In this document: positions 51,507-64,000 of the stretch, one piece after another | How positions within the stretch are numbered: position 1 is the stretch's first letter | Layout: every line of letters begins with the position of its first letter | Position numbers and translations under genes: made by a program | Source: Paramecium tetraurelia | Lineage: Eukaryota | NCBI GenBank assembly: GCA_000165425.1 | Contig: CT868463.1 | Span: 310,001-374,000 of the forward strand | Direction: 5' to 3' | Length of the DNA: 64,000 bases | Notes under the pieces: model-generated | The model's input: only the letters and a program-made list of their open reading frames with translations | The model's database searches: none | What the model was told of the DNA's origin: nothing

Positions 51507-53195
51507 ATGAGAACACTCTTATATTTAATCTTCTATTGTTCTTTAAACTTTGCCAAAGCGGAATAATAAAGCAATTTATCAAATTAAAATATGACTAATC
51601 TATAATGGTACCCTCTAAGGATTTACTTTCAAATTATAAAGTAAGTAGAATATAATGATAAATTGGTTGAATTGTTAAAATAAGTATCTCTATATTTCGA
51701 GAAAACCCTTCTTGTAAGAAGGAACCCAGAAAAAATTGACGTGGAATCAATCGCTTCTAAAATGGCACTAGATTAATTAGATGAGGAAGTCTTCAAGGAA
51801 TAAACTAATGAATTTGATACTGTAAGATATCATTATTGATTCTAAGCTTGTTTTTGTAGGTACTAAGAATATGACAGATTATAAAGCTACGTGTGATTCT
51901 ATTCATTTTGATTCAATCACTAAAAGGCCAAATGTTTGCTAACTTTATTTAAAGAATGGATTATAATTTGCCACAACAGTTTTCAATCATTAGAAAATGC
52001 TTAAGACTCTGATACATGAAACTATTCATTGTTTGGGACTTGATAAAAATGTATTTTAACTATTCTACAATTCATCTACTGGAGAAGTTTATAAAAGTGT
52101 CGTCTCCAGTAATACAACAACAGAATTTCTAATATTAAGTAGATCAAAAGAATATTTAAAATTCTACTTTGATTGTGGAGATATTTAAGGAATTTAGTTG
52201 GAAAATTAAGGATAAGAGGCAACTGCTGGGAAGCATTTTGAAAATGAAATATTTTTGAATGATTTAATGTAAGGAACTCATTTTGACGATATTATGATAA
52301 CAACATTGACCTTAATGTTTTTGTAAGATACAGGGTTCTATTAGCTAGCTGAACACAAAACTGATTAAATCTATTATGGAAAACATCAAGGATGTGATTT
52401 TTTATAAAGGAGATGTGATAATCATTAATTTACTGAATTTTGTTAAATTGAAAATCAAAAAGGTTGTTCATTTACTAATTCTGGGGTTGGGTCTTGTGAA
52501 AAGAGTAAACTAAGTGGAGAATGCAAAAATTTTTTGGTAATCGAAGATTATAACTGCAAAGATCCTAGTTAGATGAAACCAGGATAAAAAATAATACAAC
52601 ATTTTGGAGATGATAGTATTTGTGTTTAGGGTTCTCTATCTAAATAAAAGTATATATCTAATTTCAGTTGTTAAAAATTTCATTGTGATGTAGACAATAA
52701 TATGATTATAACCGTTGGCGAATTAAGTGTAAATTGTTCATAATTTGATAAATTATATGATAATGCCTATTATGGAAACATAACATGTCCCTCAAATTCT
52801 CAAACAATTTGCTAGAATGATAATTATTGTCCTAATCATTGTAATGAGAAGGGTGTATGTGTCAATAAGGAGGTATTAACATTCTCATTATCTAAGTGTA
52901 TTTGCACAAATGGTTATTCTGGTAAAGATTGTAATATAAAATGTGACGGATATCGTTATTAAGGAGAGTGCTACGAGAAATGCCCTTCAAATTTATACAC
53001 TTACGAGTCGATAAAGTATTGTGTAGGCTGTCCAGGAGTATGTTATTTTGTTATTGTTAGAATTGCAAAGAATGTAGTTCCTTCAATCACTGTACATTAT
53101 GTGATGATAACTATAAACTAGTATCAGGCTTTTGTGATTTTACATACAGTAATATCCTTATGCTAGTGATTTTGAATTTTTTTATACTTTAATGA
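51507..53195 (+). CDS. Leishmanolysin/GP63-like metalloprotease (peptidase M8) with a Cys-rich/EGF C-terminus
   Basis: Signal peptide, HETIHCLG (HExxH), third ligand in KHFENE, NDLMQG Met-turn, LQDTGFY, hydrophobic C-terminus suggesting a GPI anchor. Confidence 0.92.
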
Positions 53196-53334
53196 TAGTT
53201 TATGAATTGATATTTCAAACTCAAATTTTATATATTCATTATGAAATTCTAACCTAATATTGATTTCGACTACTTATTTATAATATAAATAATAATAATA
53301 AAATATTGAATTATATAAATTTATTAATAATATT

Positions 53335-54979
53335 TCATAAAAAGCAAACTAAAAATGATCCTATTAAACTGAAAATCCCACTCATGAACATGCTCACTGA
53401 AATGTCATCAACACTAGAAAACAATAAAAAACCTAATGGGATAATGAAAAACATAAATGCTTAAGAAAAAAAGGTTGTTAAATTAAGCATCTAAGGTAAG
53501 AGCCCCTTGATTGTATCCCTAACTTGCTAATCAAAATAATCAATGAATCCATACATCATCTTCTAATTGGTTTGCTAATTTATAGGGTAATTCACTCAAA
53601 ACAGCTGTTTGCACTCCCCAAAATGGAAGAGTGATAAAAATTGAATAGAATTCATTAACTGACCAAGTATATAACAGAGATGCCCCAGCCAAGGCATTCA
53701 CGATCATATAAATTGTGTTTGTGTAACGATTTCCCAATTGTTTTAAGAACAAAGTTGTTAAGAGATGAAGTATCGCACTCATACACAATGCCAAAGCCCC
53801 TCTGTATAATATTGAAACAATACCCCAGCTAATTCCTATGTCAAATACTATATTCCTTATAGCTTCATTATACTATTGAGGACCCTCTTCCAACATGGTT
53901 ATGCCTGACCATAGAGTTGCGTAGACTGATACAAACAATTGGGATCCACAAGTAAAAAAATGGGATAACAAAAATATCTTCATATTCTAGGGCAATTGAC
54001 TTAGTAATATTATCAAGATATTTACAAAAGAAATGTTATTCCGGGCAAAAATGAATTGATGCTAAATCTCATCTTGTGCTATGATTAGACTAAATCCAAT
54101 CCTTTGCGTGGGAATGATATTAGAACCATTCCAAATCCAATCAATATCATTATCAATCCTACTAGATATGCGAATGATAAGTTCTCTATGAAATTATCAA
54201 AGTTCAAATATATAAAATTGAATGCCAAGACACTCGAAACTAAGAATCCTGTAAATTTACCAAATGAATCTACAAATGTTCGGTAGGACTACACTTTTTA
54301 CTGTTGCTTTGGATTTACGTAATCTTCTAACAGAGCCGAACAAGCAAACTATTTATACAAATGGAACACATACTCCCAGCATCTCTAAGCCCACATCCAT
54401 CACTGTGAAACTTATGATTGAAATTATAAGAACTGATGTTTTTTTATTTATTGAATCCACATACAATGATCTAAATATACATAGACTTTACTTTGTATCA
54501 GCTAACAGTCCTATTCCCATTATGGAAACTATGATGAAATAAATCATTGCGTTTTTTAATTAATGTGATTTGCTTTCGCTGTAGTATCGAATAAAAGGAT
54601 AGATTAATAAATTAATTACAGGAGGAAACAACCAACTGGAATATTGTTGTAATTTATTACATTGAAGAGTCCAAAAGTTCTGGAGTGTCCAATTTCAAAA
54701 ACAATGGAGAAATAAAAACCATCTCAATTGCAAACCCTCACTATACGTGTATAAAATACCATACTCAACTGCAAATGTTAAAACTACTAAAGCCAATATC
54801 TGTGATTATGTTAAATAATGAATTTTCTTATTTTTTAATTTGAATGCTTTCGTTGGCTTTGAATTGAATTTCCCATTGAATTTATAATTCTTTATTTCTG
54901 TTACTTCTTTCCTTTTGCTCATCAAATACTCATTATAATGATCAATCGCTTCATCTTCATACATAATGAGTGAACTCAT
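53335..54979 (-). CDS. MFS transporter, SLC45/sucrose-H+ symporter-like
   Basis: Many hydrophobic helices, FTVMDVGLEMLG, LFVSVYATLWSG, GVRGALT..MLNLTTFFSQ. Confidence 0.75.
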
Positions 54980-56164
54980 ATATTATTTATAAAATAAAAA
55001 CGATAAATAATAACTTTATATTCTCAAGAAGAAAACTAATTCCCTTTCCTTCAAATCCCTCAATGAATCCATTTAAAACTCCTTGATTTATCGATATCAT
55101 GTATACCCAAATTAAATCTTCACCTCCAGTTGTTTGAACACCTTGTTACAATACTATTTTTAGATTTTACTTATTATTTAAGCAGATTAATAAATAATTA
55201 TTCATTATGATAAAGAACACTTTTATATAATTTAACTTTAAAAATGTCAGAATTTTACTTCCTCAAACATCTCAAATTTAACATGAAAACTATATCAAAT
55301 AATCAAATTTTATTTTAAGTCTGTAAAAAACCACTTAGATCATATTACTTATTATTTCTCACTCTTGTCCACAAATTCCTTTTTAATTTATATTTTACCC
55401 ATGAGATTATTGATTTCATTTTGAAGTTCAAAAATTTTATTTAAAAATGATTATTTCTAAATAGTCTAAAAATATTTTTAATCTTGAATTAGCTTGACTG
55501 AGAACTCAGAAAGAAGTCCCAATAAGATTGATTTTAAGTTTTAATTAGAGGAAGTTAATATGACATATAAATCAGAATTGAAAGGCTTACGTATAGTTTT
55601 TCATTTAGTATCATTTTCAGGTTTCTCTGTATTATTAGATGAAAGAGAGCATGAATATAATTTTACATTTCTTCCACTATCTTCAATTTTCAAAAAACTC
55701 GGTCGATTCTATTATCTTTTGATTTTTCTAAGTAATATTTTTCTATTTTTAGTACTTTTTAATTTAGAAGCATAAAGAACTAATATAATGTTATCTAATT
55801 GGAGATTCATAATCGCTTAATTCTGATTGAGGACATGAGACACTAGTTGGAAAGTAGTCATAAAAGTGCTCAGGCTCATGATTTAGGAATGTTTCGTTGA
55901 TCATTTTATTAATTTATTTTAATACAATAATCCAGAAATTCTGAAAATTTGTATTTATAGATTAATATAATTTTATATATGATTATTTTTAGGATTGGTT
56001 TAATATGACATAATTGGATAATAAAAATATATTTTATCTAATTTCATAGGGGAATGGAAAGTATGGATAGAAAGATATATGATTTTTAGTATAAATATAT
56101 TTTTATAATGTTGGTCAAATGTTAACCAGCCTGATTTAAATATTTATTTATAATATAATTGTAT

Positions 56165-57263
56165 ATGAATTAAATAGTGTAAGCTAAACCAAAATTGTAT
56201 GCGGATTATAATAAGAATCAACCGAAAGAGTATTGGGACTATGATAATTTTGAAAATGAATGGGGTGTAAGACTACTGTTAATGTTAGGATAATGATTAA
56301 TATGAAATAATTAGAAAAATTGGAAGAGGAAAATACTCTGATGTTTATGAAGGGATCAGATACCCTTAAAATTAGAGAGTAGTAATAAAAGTGTTGAAGC
56401 CTGTGAAGAAAAGGAAAATAAAAAGAGAGACAAAGATTCTGCTTTCATTAAAAGGACATCCAAACATCATTGAGTTGAGTGACATCGTAAGAGACCCAGC
56501 ATCTAAAACTCCTTGTTTGGTGTTTGATTACATTGATCATGTTGATTTTAGAAGCATCTTTCCAAAACTCACTGATATAGAAATTCGATTTTATCTATAT
56601 GAATTAATGAAAGCTTTGGATTTTTGCCATTCTAGAGGAATCATGCATCGAGATGTTAAGCCTTAGAATATAATAGTGAATCCTTAGAAAAAGTTATTGA
56701 AATTGCTTGATTTTGGTTTAGCAGAATATTATCACATGGGCCAAGATTATAACGTTAGAGTTGCATCTCGATATTTCAAAGGTCCTGAATTATTAGTTGA
56801 TAATGTTTATTATGATTATTCATTGGATATTTGGAGTAGTGGAGCCATGCTTGCATCTATGGTAACTCTATTATATAAGATTGTATTTTTAAGATTTTCA
56901 AGAAAGAGCCATTCTTTTAGGGAAATGACAATTACGACCAGTTAGTAGTCATAGCAAAAGTATTGGGGACTGAAGATTTATTAGCATACGTTAAGAAGTA
57001 CAGATTGAAATTAGATCCAGTATTTGACAATAAATTGGGAAAGTAAGTTATTAAAATTGATTTTAGTTATCCAAAAAGAGAATGGTCAAAGTTTATTAAT
57101 CAAGAGAATAAGCATTTGTGCACAGAAGAGGCTATTGATTTATTATCCAAAATGTTGTTGTATGATCATGTAAAATAATTCACTAAAATAGGCATTAAGA
57201 ATTACACCTAAAGAAGCCTTAGATCATCCATATTTCTTGCCTGTTAGAGATTAGAAAAAATGA
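56165..57263 (+). CDS. CSNK2A: Casein kinase II alpha
   Basis: [51 protein letters not shown]. Confidence 0.97.
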
Positions 57264-57353
57264 AATTGGCTTTTTTAGTATTATATTAAATTACATACAA
57301 ATATAAATTTATAAACAATAATCAATCACTTATCTAGATGATTAAAATAACAA

Positions 57354-58150
57354 ATGAATCCTGAGTTAATATAGTTGGAATACAATGATAGGAAAATTCC
57401 TACTAAATTTATAAGTGAAGAAAATATGGATGAAGACACTAGTATTTAAATAAAGATTTCATTAAATGTAATTATAGTTGTTATTTAATAATCAATAGAG
57501 TAAAAAAGCAATGATTTGATGGAATAATTAAGGTATTTCCAACTTCTGTTCAAAATATATTATCATTCAAAAACTTTATTTCATTCTTATAGATGTATAG
57601 ACTCTGAAAATTTGTCATATCAATTTAAATTCGGATATGTTCTTGATATTAATCAGATAGTTACTTAATTTTTAATATCATTACAATAATAATTTGTATA
57701 AACAATTGCTATATACAATACTTAGTAAACCTATTTAATTTTATGCTTTGGAAATATAAATCTATTAGAGTAATAATATTATTGGATTCTATAAGTAATT
57801 ATTGCATAAAAAATCATTAGAAGTATTAAGAGTGCAAAAGAGCTAAGGAAATAGTTTAGACTAATGCGATTTTATATAGTGAAATAATATCAAGTCAAGA
57901 AGAAGTTCTAAAAATTAAGGACTATTAAGAAGGAATTTATAATAGACTTTATTTTAAAGGTAATCAGTTGAATTGTTCTTTAGGTTATTATCATGAAATA
58001 ACAAATAAACTCATTGATTAAAAAGTGAGTAAAATATTGATGATGTAAATTTCGAATGAGTACCAATTATTAAATTCAATAAATGTAAATAATGATTTCA
58101 ATGTGAATATTTAAAAGGAAAATTGTTTTGTCACACTTATTTTGACTTGA
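57354..58150 (+). CDS. Hypothetical protein
   Basis: Open code-6 frame when two 24-26 nt GT-AG introns are removed; no family recognised. Confidence 0.5.
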
Positions 58151-58234
58151 TAAAGCGAAAGAAACAAATGATTTTATAGGATAACTATAATTTGTTATGA
58201 ATCAAATGAAAACGATAATATATTTTTATTAAAA

Positions 58235-59426
58235 ATGGCAGATCAATTAAATGCATCTTTCATTAAACAGTCCGAGGATATAATTTAATAAAAGAAAGAA
58301 GAAATTCTTTAGTTCTTTGATCAGAAAGGCTACAAGGCTGACTCAGCATTTGACGATTAACTTTGGTTTTTTCCAGAAATCAATTAGGACTAGGAACACA
58401 TTTTATGGAAGGTCATAAGCGATACAATTGGTCAAGATTAAGTTTACGATGAGAATGTAGGATTTTTCATTTAATTAGTTTGCATCAGAAGCAACCATTG
58501 ATACTTTTGTACAGAAACTATTGGATTAAGCAAAAATGATACATTTGAAAATCCTTGATTTCCAAAAAAACATTGATTATTTCAAAGACGAACTTACTAA
58601 TTTCGATAAGTTTTCAAAAGTCATTGAAGCTAGTAATACAAAATAAAATATTTATCTTAGATAAGCCTGAATATAATCAAGAAAATGCATTAGTCATCTC
58701 CTTTGTAGATCAAGTCAATTAGATAAGCGAGATGTAAAAAGTATCAACCAAGATCTATTTTATAGTTTTACAAACTGAAATACAAAGTTGGAACTATTCA
58801 TTAAAATTATCAACCACTGTATCCAGAGAATTCAAATCGATCTACTTGCGTCTCTTTAGATAATACCATAGATTCTATAACCCTTGTAGTGATGGGAAAA
58901 CGACTCGATAAAAATTTGGGAGATGCCAGAACTTTGGGAGAAGATTTTAAAGAATTAGCTCAAATCAAAATCCCTATTCTTGATATCTATCAATAAATTA
59001 GACCAAGGCATTTTGCACTCCCAACCATACCATAATGCTACTTAATAGTGAATTACTAGGATTAAAGTTTGGATGCTCCTTATATAGATAATGTCACTGT
59101 AAATCTAAGATTTGATGTGAGACTCTCATATGATGATAGAATCAATATTATCAAGTAACAAAAGGAATTTAAGAGTGGATTGATTGAAGTAAGCTAGTCA
59201 TATTAATAATTTCTAGAAATTCTAAGAAAAACTCAAATAAAGATTAACTCAGATGGAATAGCTCTTGTGTCCATTCAAATAGAATCCTAAATTATAATAC
59301 GTAACTGCTAAGGGAATAGGATAGAAATAAGACTTCAAAGATGAACCTATTAAACCTAAAAATGATAGAAATAAGGAAGACATAAAACCACCTAAGGAAA
59401 GGGAAACATGTTGCATAATTTAATGA
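58235..59426 (+). CDS. Hypothetical protein with a C-terminal CaaX-like motif
   Basis: Four tiny introns give a continuous frame ending KERETCCIIQ*. Confidence 0.75.
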
Positions 59427-59532
59427 ATAAATATGAATTCTTCAACAAAATAACAAAAATTTACCTTAACCTCAGTTATATAATAGAGCAAATCCTGCAT
59501 TACAATAATTTATAGTCGAAATTAAATTCATT

Positions 59533-60291
59533 TCAGAAACATTATTTATAGTATAGTGGTAAATCTTCATCAGCTTAGGGTGCATGCCAACCTTCTAAAT
59601 TTTATGACCAGGGATTCAATTCTATTTTTTTTGGTTTTTATATACTCTCTTAACTAACTTTTCTCTAAGTAAATTAATAAGATTAGAATTTTTTAAATAT
59701 TTATGGAGAATTCGGTTCACTTCTTAGTTTGATTGATGATAAACACTATGGTAACATTTAATTATCATCTATTCGATCTTCTATTGTTAAGGCTTATTTT
59801 TCTGATAATTTAAATTTTGGAGTTTTATTAATTTACGCTGGTATAATTGATTATTAGGGTTGCCTTTCTTGAACTTTGATTAAATTTTCGAAGAATTTAA
59901 GGTTAGAATTAGGCTTTTTATCGCAATATTTAATAGGTTTTGACTATTAATCAATTGGTTTTTCAACTGCTTAGACTACTGCACTTTCTTTGGGTTATAG
60001 TTGATTTATTTGCAACAATTCTTTCTATTTTGTATATTTGACATTTAAAATTTCTTTCCTTAATTATACTATCTTCTTTTCGACGGATAACTTTGTCTGT
60101 CCATTTTCTTAGTTTTAGAGAGAGGCTGGACATTATTATTTAGTGGGCTATAATTTGGATGGTTTTAAGATAATAGGAATAGGAGGTCCTCTAAATGTAG
60201 GAATGTGATAATGAAGAAGATCTGAATTTTTTTATTCTAAATGAATTAAATGCAAGGCTTTGATAGTTCTTGAAGTTTTAGAAGAGTTCAT
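59533..60291 (-). CDS. Hypothetical basic, low-complexity protein
   Basis: ATG 60291 to TGA 59533-59535 in code 6. Confidence 0.6.
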
Positions 60292-60306
60292 TATTTATAT
60301 ATTATA

Positions 60307-61889
60307 TCACAAATTAAATTCTGAGAGCTTCTGTAATAATGTGGGATCTAACTTATTATGCTGTGCTTATTGATCAATTTACATAGGTTCATCAATTTGT
60401 GTCAGCGAGTGATGACTACCACATACTTTGATGCCAAAAATATCATCATCATCATCTAGTTTAATTGAGCTGTTCATTTTATCATCTACTAAAGCACCAA
60501 CCAATTATATGGCATTATTCTGGTTTGAATTATTTCTCTTGTATATCTTTGTGGAGGTTTCTAATTTGAATTGCTTTAATTTGGCTTTGAAATCCTGAAT
60601 TTCTTTATCCCTTTTGATCTTGATGGAGAAACCTAGACTTTTCTGAGATCGAGTGATATCAGAGTTTTCCAAGACAGAATCAATTTATTTACTTTTGATT
60701 AGTGTATTTTGTAACTCAAAATTCAGAATGGTGGCACTATTGATTAATGATTTATTAAGAAGATCACTATTTTGACTTATTTTACTAGTATCCATATCAT
60801 CCTTAGTAATTTTTTTGGTGAGTGGTTTTCTGGGAGTTTGCATATTAGGTATCCATATGTGTTTGAGAGCTTCAGAGGCTGTTAATCTTTTCAAGGGATT
60901 CCACATCATTAGTCTTTTGATAAGGTCTCTGCAACTAGAAGACAAGGATAGAAACTAAGGTTTTTGAAAGGCTTCATTTATTGATTAACTGGGTATATAA
61001 AAATAGGATACGTATTGGATAATAAAGCAACAATGTCTGCAGTATTATCTGAAGTAAATGGCAAGACACCAGTTAAGGATTAATACATGATAACTCCAAT
61101 AGCCCATATATCCACTTACTAATTATATCCATAGATGTGGCTACCCATGATTTCTGGGGCTCGATAATGTAGGTTACCAGTAACTGTTAGCATCTGATTT
61201 CTCATATATCTAAAAGTGCTATTATTGAATGAAACAAATCTTCTAGAAACTCCGAAGTCTATAAGTTTGACTGTGTACTTCGGATTAACAAGAACATTAT
61301 CTGGTTTAATGTCTCTATGACAAATGCCACAACTGTGTAAACACCTAACACTTTTCAATAGGGAACATGCAATTTTTTAAACTTCCTGCTCTTTTAATTT
61401 TATTCTCTGTTGTAAAATGGATTGTAAATTTTGAAATGGGACATACTCCATTACCATATATATTACATTAATGTCAATATATAATTTATAGCATTTTGCA
61501 ATATAAGGACTTTTGATGATTGTGGAATTGATGAATGTTTGTCTAACGATATCTAATTGTTCTTCATCTGGAGTCTGTACAATTTTAACAGCAAATAATA
61601 ATGAAGGATTGTCCTTCTTCCAACAAATTCTGACGATACCATTAGTGCCTTCGCCTAGTTTCTTGCCAAGTGTAAACTCGTCTTCAAAATTAGTGGACTT
61701 AACCCCTATTTACTTGAAATCCTCATCTTCCATCTCCTCATCACTGAATGATATTGATTGGGCTTATTGGCCAATCAAAGGAGTCTGAGTTTTCCGAATA
61801 GGTTCATCATCATTTATGGGAGATATAGTGCGAGCTGAGACCAGAAATCCTTTCATTTTCTCCATCTGTCTATGAAATTTGGTCTGCAT
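60307..61889 (-). CDS. Ser/Thr protein kinase (CAMK-like)
   Basis: [45 protein letters not shown]. Confidence 0.93.
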
Positions 61890-61919
61890 CCCTAAACTTT
61901 AGATCATTATTAATTTTAT

Positions 61920-63148
61920 ATGGATTCCATTTTAGGAAAAGACCTTACTAATAATACTATTGCACGTTAATTCAAGTTAATCAAGAAAATTGGATCTGGA
62001 GCATTTGGAGAAATATACTTGGTACAATCTCAATCTAAATCTGAATATGCCATGAAACTGGAAAGGAGTGATAACAAACATCCATAAATATTCTTTGAAG
62101 CCAAACTATACAATTATCTTTAAGGATAGGATCAGTATGATAAAGGTAAGTTTATTATGTAATTCTAAGGAAGGCATTCCAAAAATTCATGATTAAGGAG
62201 TGGACGGTGATTATAATTACATCGTCATGGATCTCTTGGGACCATCCCTTGAAGAGCTATTTAACAAAAATCATAGGAAACTATCACTGAAATCAGTTCT
62301 GATGCTAGCAGATTAGTTAATCTAAAGAATCGAATACATTCATTCAAAATAATTTCTCCATCGGGATATCAAACCTGACAATTTCTTAGTTGGAGTTGGC
62401 AGCAAGAGTTCAAGACTTTATGTTGTCGACTTTGGGTTGGCCAAAAGGTATATAACCAAAGAAGGACACATTCCTTATAAGGAAGGGAAAAGTTTAACTG
62501 GAACTGCCAGATATGCATCCATTAATACACATGTTGGATTAGAATAATCGAGAAGGGATGACTTAGAATCTCTTGGCTATGTCTTAATGTATTTATTAAG
62601 AGGACAATTACCATGGCAAAACATGAAAGCAACCAATCAAAAAGAGAAATATTAAAAAATTATGGAAAAAAAGCAAGAAACAACTCCTGAATAGTTGTGT
62701 AAGGGGTTTCCTAGTGAATTGACTCAATTTCTATGATATTGCAGAAATTTGAAGTTTGAAGACAAACCAGATTATGAATTACATTAGGAATCTATTTAGA
62801 GTATTAAAAATATTTGATTGTTTTAGGAAGCCTTTAGAAAACCAAGGTTTTGAATGGGATTATAAATTCGAATGGATTAAAGATGAAATTATAAAGGAGG
62901 AGAAATTCATAGGAGTTGCTATCCCCCAAAAAACAGCAGACATACCAGCCACTACTAAGCAAAGCAATTTTTAAACTATAAGAGCTCCCTTACTTATGCA
63001 ATATTAATCTAGGTTGTCCTAATAGGCATCTTAAGAGAAAAAAAGAAACTCTTCTTATAGTAAGAATAATAATAATTTAAACAAATAAATGACTGGATTC
63101 CTGGCGCCTAAAATTAATACCAATAAAGAGAGAACTAGAAAATATTGA
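61920..63148 (+). CDS. CSNK1: Casein kinase I, with an in-frame TGA and two apparent frameshifts near the end of the kinase domain (possible pseudogene or assembly errors)
   Basis: [54 protein letters not shown] at 62734-62736. Confidence 0.92.
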
Positions 63149-64000
63149 ATTCACATATTAATATATATCTATAAATCTAATTTTTCAAGCTTTTAATTTA
63201 TTAGTAGAGTTAGCTATTTCTATGATATAACAATATAATCATTTTAGTAAAGGACAATATGATTAAAATCATTAATCCAATATAAAATTTAATAAAAAAT
63301 ATTTAGAAAATATATATAGATTAAAATTTAATAAAAATATTTAGAAAGTAAATTAAATCTTATTTCTATAATTATGTTTTATGTTTTTGGTAGTTATAAT
63401 AATCCAACGTTTTCAGAGATATTATTGCCTAAGGGAAAATGACTATTACAAATTGTTCTTAGTTATCAATTGGTTGATAGTTCTTTTAAATTAGTCTTAT
63501 TAGATCGAAACCTCATATATAAAGTTAGACAAACTTTTCGTTTATTTCATTTAACACATTTATTGGTATTCTTTTTAAATGAAAAATTGAAATGTAGCTG
63601 AATGATTCATATATATCAAAATGATTACATTGTACCTAGAAATTCTATGAAAAAATTAAAATCCTCTTTTATAATAAAAGTCTACTGGAGTAAATTTTAC
63701 ACTCATTGAAATTAACATTATATATAGTGTTTTTGGAAAGTATTCTCTTCCATCATTAATCGCTGTTTATATACATGACTTCTAATTCTACTTTTTAAAT
63801 ACTGATCCCCTTAGCTTTATCAAAACTTGATACAAACAAAGCTATATCTAATAGTTGCACTCTCTAACTAAATATCTCATTAAAACTGTCAACTGTAATC
63901 CTAAAAAATATGTATGAGCAAAGATATTACTATATAAATAGAACAAATATATATTGAAGACAGATTAATTCTTATATCCATTCTACCAATATAATTATCT

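Noticed and set aside
62734..62736. TGA in CK1 as selenocysteine or programmed readthrough
   Set aside because: The position is not a conserved Cys, I saw no SECIS-like hairpin, and neighbouring frameshifts point to decay or sequence error
63281..63349. Direct repeat taaaatttaataaaaa(a)tatttagaaa, two copies
   Set aside because: A low-complexity intergenic duplication with only two copies; not CRISPR-like and not a transposon end
1..64000. Telomeric repeats, retained IESs or intact transposons
   Set aside because: No C4A2/C3A3 arrays, no DDE or RT ORFs, and no TA-bounded insertion interrupting a conserved gene that a GT-AG intron did not explain better. IESs cannot be excluded without a germline comparison.

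Overview
This is AT-rich, gene-dense eukaryotic DNA from a ciliate, most likely a Paramecium macronuclear chromosome. TAA/TAG read as Gln inside conserved motifs, TGA is the only stop, and genes contain 20-31 nt GT-AG introns, so the supplied standard-code ORF track shows only fragments. Reading by hand in code 6 gives about 38 protein-coding genes. They include a CTD-type phosphatase, a dual-specificity phosphatase, an AVL9/DENN-MORN fusion, a DAW1-like WD40 protein, p23, a RING-coiled-coil protein, a bacterial-type D-Ala-D-Ala carboxypeptidase (S11), a pseudokinase, Kelch-BTB, START, MPC, two 3R-Myb genes, MCC-alpha, PRP38, CLUAP1/IFT38, an AGC kinase, MORN proteins, gamma-tubulin, NAD synthetase, DAG kinase, leishmanolysin, an SLC45-like transporter, CK2-alpha and CK1. 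I found no rRNA, tRNA, CRISPR array, telomeric repeat or intact transposon, and I cannot demonstrate a new multi-gene system. The best leads are an intron-containing PBP5-like carboxypeptidase with intact motifs and no signal peptide, the AVL9-MORN fusion, a p23 with a His-rich tail, a 16-nt head-to-head gene junction, and frame-disrupting lesions in the MCC-alpha and CK1 genes. Gene ends were read manually and may be off by a few bases. Family calls rest on recalled motifs, not database searches.
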